Shown: positions 29,987 through 32,711 of the stretch, in pieces
Layout of the letters: each line of letters begins with the position of its first letter
How positions within the stretch are numbered: the first letter of the stretch is position 1
From: Methanobacteriota archaeon
Lineage (GTDB): Archaea; Thermoplasmatota; E2; DHVEG-1
Assembly: GCA_026394435.1 (NCBI GenBank)
Contig: JAPKYG010000037.1
Span: 1 to 32,711 of the forward strand
DNA length: 32,711 nt
Direction of reading: 5' to 3'
Translations under genes and position numbers: made by a program
The notes under the pieces: model-generated
The model's input: the letters and a program-made list of their open reading frames with translations, nothing else
What the model was told of the DNA's origin: nothing
Database searches by the model: none

Positions 29987-30691
29987 TCAGATTTTTTTAG
30001 AAGGGGTTACTCGTTTTTTGAAGAGGAATTTCAGGTTTTTTATACCGTCTTTGAAGCTTTCGAGTTTCACCTGGCCTTCTCGTGGGTAGAGGGTTGATGG
30101 TATCTCTTTTGTCTTGATGTGCTTATTGGTAAACATTTCTATCTTTATTTCTTCAGAGAACGGCATCCCGTTGTTGAATGTTTCTAATGGTTGTATTTTG
30201 GAGAGTGCGTCTCGTTTGAAGATCCACATGCCGGACTGCGAGTCTCGGATGTTAACTAAGAAGAGGACTTGAAGGGTCCAGGCTAAGGTCAGGTTCCCGA
30301 ATCTGTGTTTCAGAGACATCGAGCCGTGCTTGAGTCCTGCAAAGCGATCCGTGGTGATGAAATCAAGGTGTGAATCAAGGAGTAGTTGGATATATTCATG
30401 GATGCTATTAAACGGGTAGGTCGCATCAGCATCTCCGGTGACGATGATGTCACCGGTTGCATGTGCAAGCCCGGTTTTATAGGCCCGGCCGTATCCTTTT
30501 CGTTTCTCAAGGATAACATGAGCTCCTTTACTTGATGCGATTTCCCTGGTTTTATCCTTGGAATCACCATCGACAATGAGGATTTCAAGATCCCATGTAT
30601 GTTTCGTAAAATAGTCCAGGTTCACCGCGTCAACGGTTTTACCAATGCCGCGTTCCTCGTTGACCGCGGGGATAACGATACTGATCTTCAG
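29987..30691 (-). CDS. Glycosyltransferase family 2 (Dol-P-sugar synthase/AglJ-like); CTG start
   Basis: (M)KISIVIPAVNEE, IVDGDSKDKT, GYGRAY, DAD, DSQSG and R.G..KL..FKDG; GGAGTGAG SD 5 nt before the CTG. Confidence 0.9.
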   Translation of the reverse strand: MKISIVIPAVNEERGIGKTVDAVNLDYFTKHTWDLEILIVDGDSKDKTREIASSKGAHVILEKRKGYGRAYKTGLAHATGDIIVTGDADATYPFNSIHEYIQLLLDSHLDFITTDRFAGLKHGSMSLKHRFGNLTLAWTLQVLFLVNIRDSQSGMWIFKRDALSKIQPLETFNNGMPFSEEIKIEMFTNKHIKTKEIPSTLYPREGQVKLESFKDGIKNLKFLFKKRVTPSKKI

Positions 30692-30743
30692 ATTTACTCA
30701 CTCCAGGAAAGAGTATAAAAACAAGGGGGTTAAAAGGGTTTTG

Positions 30744-30790
30744 AAAAAAAAGATAAAAAAAAGAGATAAAAAAGGGGTAAAACCCCTTTA
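30744..30790 (-). terminator. Hairpin plus U-tract terminator of the surface-protein gene
   Basis: Minus strand AAAGGGG-TTTTA-CCCCTTT hairpin (30771-30789) followed by several T6-T8 tracts. Confidence 0.75.
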
Positions 30791-30799
30791 TGTTTGTGT

Positions 30800-32272
30800 T
30801 TAGTTCCGTCTGCGTCTGAGGAGCAGGAATGCTACTCCAATTGCTGCGACTAGTGTCAGGAGTTCAAATCCGGGAATTCCGCCACCTTTCAGGACAGTCA
30901 CTGTTGATGATACCGATCCAAATCCTGGGAATGTCGCAGATACTGGATAGCTGCCTTCAGTTGTTGGTGCAGTCATTGTAACTGTTCCGCCAGCACCAGT
31001 GGTGTAGGTCTTTCCTTCAAAGGTGACGGTTGCACCAATGACTGGGCCACCTGCATCGTCAGCAATGGTCAAGCTGAATGTCTGTCCAGCTTTTACTTCG
31101 CCAGAGATGGCGATGATAAGTTTCGGAACGTTCAAGACCATAATAGTGCCCGAAACGCTGGTGTATCCATCGGCGGTTGCCGTGATTGGATAGGTCAACG
31201 AGGTTGACACTGAGGGAGCAGTGATGGTTGCGACACCGGTTGTAGTCGGCCAGGTTTGTCCATTGAAGGTGAACGTAACAGTACCGGTGATGAGTACTCC
31301 GTTGGATTTTGCTTCAATCGTGAAGGTCTTTCCTTCGTCAACTGATGGATCATTACTGATCGTCATCTGCTTTCGAGCTTGTGCGACGATGACGAATTCG
31401 TTATCAGGATCGGTTTCGTTTTCAATGTAGATCGTGACGTTACCGCTGGCATCTGCAGTGATTGAGAACTCTACTTTACCATCTGCACCAGTGAATTGGT
31501 CAGTGGGCAATTTAGCGAGAATTGATTCATTAAGCGGTATACCGTGGTCGAGTCCTACTCGAACGTCTTCCAACGGGGTTCCGGTTGCTGGATGTGTGAC
31601 CGTAATCGTTACTAAGGTTGGTTCACCATTGAAGATGGTTGCAGGGCTTGGTGTTGCTGTCGCGGTTGTCACCCGGAGTAATCCATTAGCATGTCTTTCT
31701 GCGCCCCCATCTGGTATAAAGTCAAAGGTGACGTTTCCAAGTTCTATTGCGTTTACCTCATCAAGGGTACCAACTCCGTTTTCTATCGCGATTTGAGTGG
31801 ATTGTCCTAAATCCGATGCTTCCGGAATACCGCTCATGTTATTGAGTGTTAATGTACCGTTTCCTGCTGGTGTAAGCTGGAAGGTCATGTTGACCGCTTC
31901 ATCAATTATCCATGCGAGTATAGATGGTGAAGAGGTAACGGTGTAGTTGGTAATGATAAGTGTCGCGTTATTCCCTTCGCTGTCATGGGTTGCATTGTAG
32001 GCATAGAGGTAATATGTTCCTCCAGAGAGAATGATTTCTTCCGCTGTGATGGAATAGTCGGTGGTTTTAGACCATGCGTCATCACCGGTAACGAGCTCTC
32101 CGGTCGCGTTATACAGGGCAACAGTTAAACCAGTATCATCAGGATGTCCACCACCAACAAGGTTGACCATGATATCATATTCAATGGCGTCACCAGCATA
32201 TGCAGTGGTTGGTGTGACATTGACCATAATGTTGTGGTTTCGTTCCATGATGACTTTGGTGTATCCCCAGAA
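30800..32272 (-). CDS. PGF-CTERM cell-surface/S-layer-like glycoprotein, C-terminal part (downstream of frameshift)
   Basis: C-terminus IPGFELLTLVAAIGVAFLLLRRRRN (PGF, TM helix, basic tail; archaeosortase A signal); Thr-rich beta-strand sequence with many N-x-T/S sequons. Confidence 0.85.
   Translation of the reverse strand, partial: FWGYTKVIMERNHNIMVNVTPTTAYAGDAIEYDIMVNLVGGGHPDDTGLTVALYNATGELVTGDDAWSKTTDYSITAEEIILSGGTYYLYAYNATHDSEGNNATLIITNYTVTSSPSILAWIIDEAVNMTFQLTPAGNGTLTLNNMSGIPEASDLGQSTQIAIENGVGTLDEVNAIELGNVTFDFIPDGGAERHANGLLRVTTATATPSPATIFNGEPTLVTITVTHPATGTPLEDVRVGLDHGIPLNESILAKLPTDQFTGADGKVEFSITADASGNVTIYIENETDPDNEFVIVAQARKQMTISNDPSVDEGKTFTIEAKSNGVLITGTVTFTFNGQTWPTTTGVATITAPSVSTSLTYPITATADGYTSVSGTIMVLNVPKLIIAISGEVKAGQTFSLTIADDAGGPVIGATVTFEGKTYTTGAGGTVTMTAPTTEGSYPVSATFPGFGSVSSTVTVLKGGGIPGFELLTLVAAIGVAFLLLRRRRN
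30887..31372 (-). repeat. Two tandem roughly 80-aa Ig-like domains next to the membrane anchor
   Basis: G.TF.I...G..I...VTF.G.T..T..G..T.TAP......YP..AT..G..SVS.T..VL repeated twice. Confidence 0.6.
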
Positions 32273-32711
32273 TTGCCTACTTTGTTTGTACCAGCCGTAG
32301 AGTTAAATTCAAGAGGGACATCTTCCCACATGAGGTAGACATTGGCGTTTTTCACAGGAGCACCATCCATATCTGTGACGGTGACGGTGAGGTTGTAATC
32401 CGCTCCAACGGTGAACATATCAACTGTAGATGTGACATATGTTCCGTTGACGATTTCAATAGTTTCCGTTGCAGTTCCATTCTCATCTCCAGGCCAGTCG
32501 ATTGATAATGTAATTGTTCCACCAGGTTTCGTTGGTGTAACCGTAGCAGTCCATCTTCCTTCAGTACCAGAGTGAACTAGAGTGGTTGCATCGATTGGAT
32601 ATAAGATATCTCCTTCGATGGTAATATTATCCAACACTCCGTCTTCTTCATCAGCGTCGTCACCATAGTATGCATTTCTGAATTCATCAGTGATACTTCG
32701 ACCGAAGATAT
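32273..32711 (-). pseudogene. Upstream part of the same surface glycoprotein, in a different frame; continues beyond window end
   Basis: Frame is open from 32709 (IFGRSITDEFRNAYYGDD..) through NSTAGTNKVGN with the same composition. It then reads off-character to a stop at 32125. Confidence 0.7.

Noticed and set aside
29934-29987. 18-aa N-terminal extension of the Hjc-like ORF
   Set aside because: The GTGAGGA SD positions the start at the 29933 ATG, just before the TM helix
30720-30790. CRISPR-like or tandem repeat (AAAAAAAAGAT units)
   Set aside because: Short low-complexity tracts without spacers; explained as terminator U-tracts

Overview
Archaeal chromosomal segment. An unsplit RpoB, split RpoA'/A'', GatE and a PGF-CTERM protein suggest Euryarchaeota sensu lato, and by inference Thermoplasmatota. 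From left to right: (1) an Hdr-like redox cluster (5'-truncated hdrA, mvhD, fdhB/frhB-like, tandem hdrC, 1016-aa double-module hdrA) with unusual Fe-S ligand changes; (2) an AT-rich islet with a B12-binding radical SAM gene preceded by an unannotated 45-aa ORF; (3) an OsmC-family gene and purA; (4) a proteasome/exosome operon (psmA-sbds-rrp4-rrp41-rrp42-rpl37ae-rpoP-pcc1) and queE; (5) tRNA-Lys(UUU) and the RNAP operon rpoH-B-A1-A2-rpl30e-nusA, with an apparent ATC start on rpoH and an H1-like Lys-rich arm on RpoA2; (6) a four-gene L-proline dehydrogenase-like cluster, gatE, a degenerate membrane-anchored Hjc-like protein, a GT2 with a CTG start, and a frameshifted PGF-CTERM surface glycoprotein running off the window end. 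No CRISPR array, IS or prophage is visible. Family assignments rest on motif recognition, not database searches.
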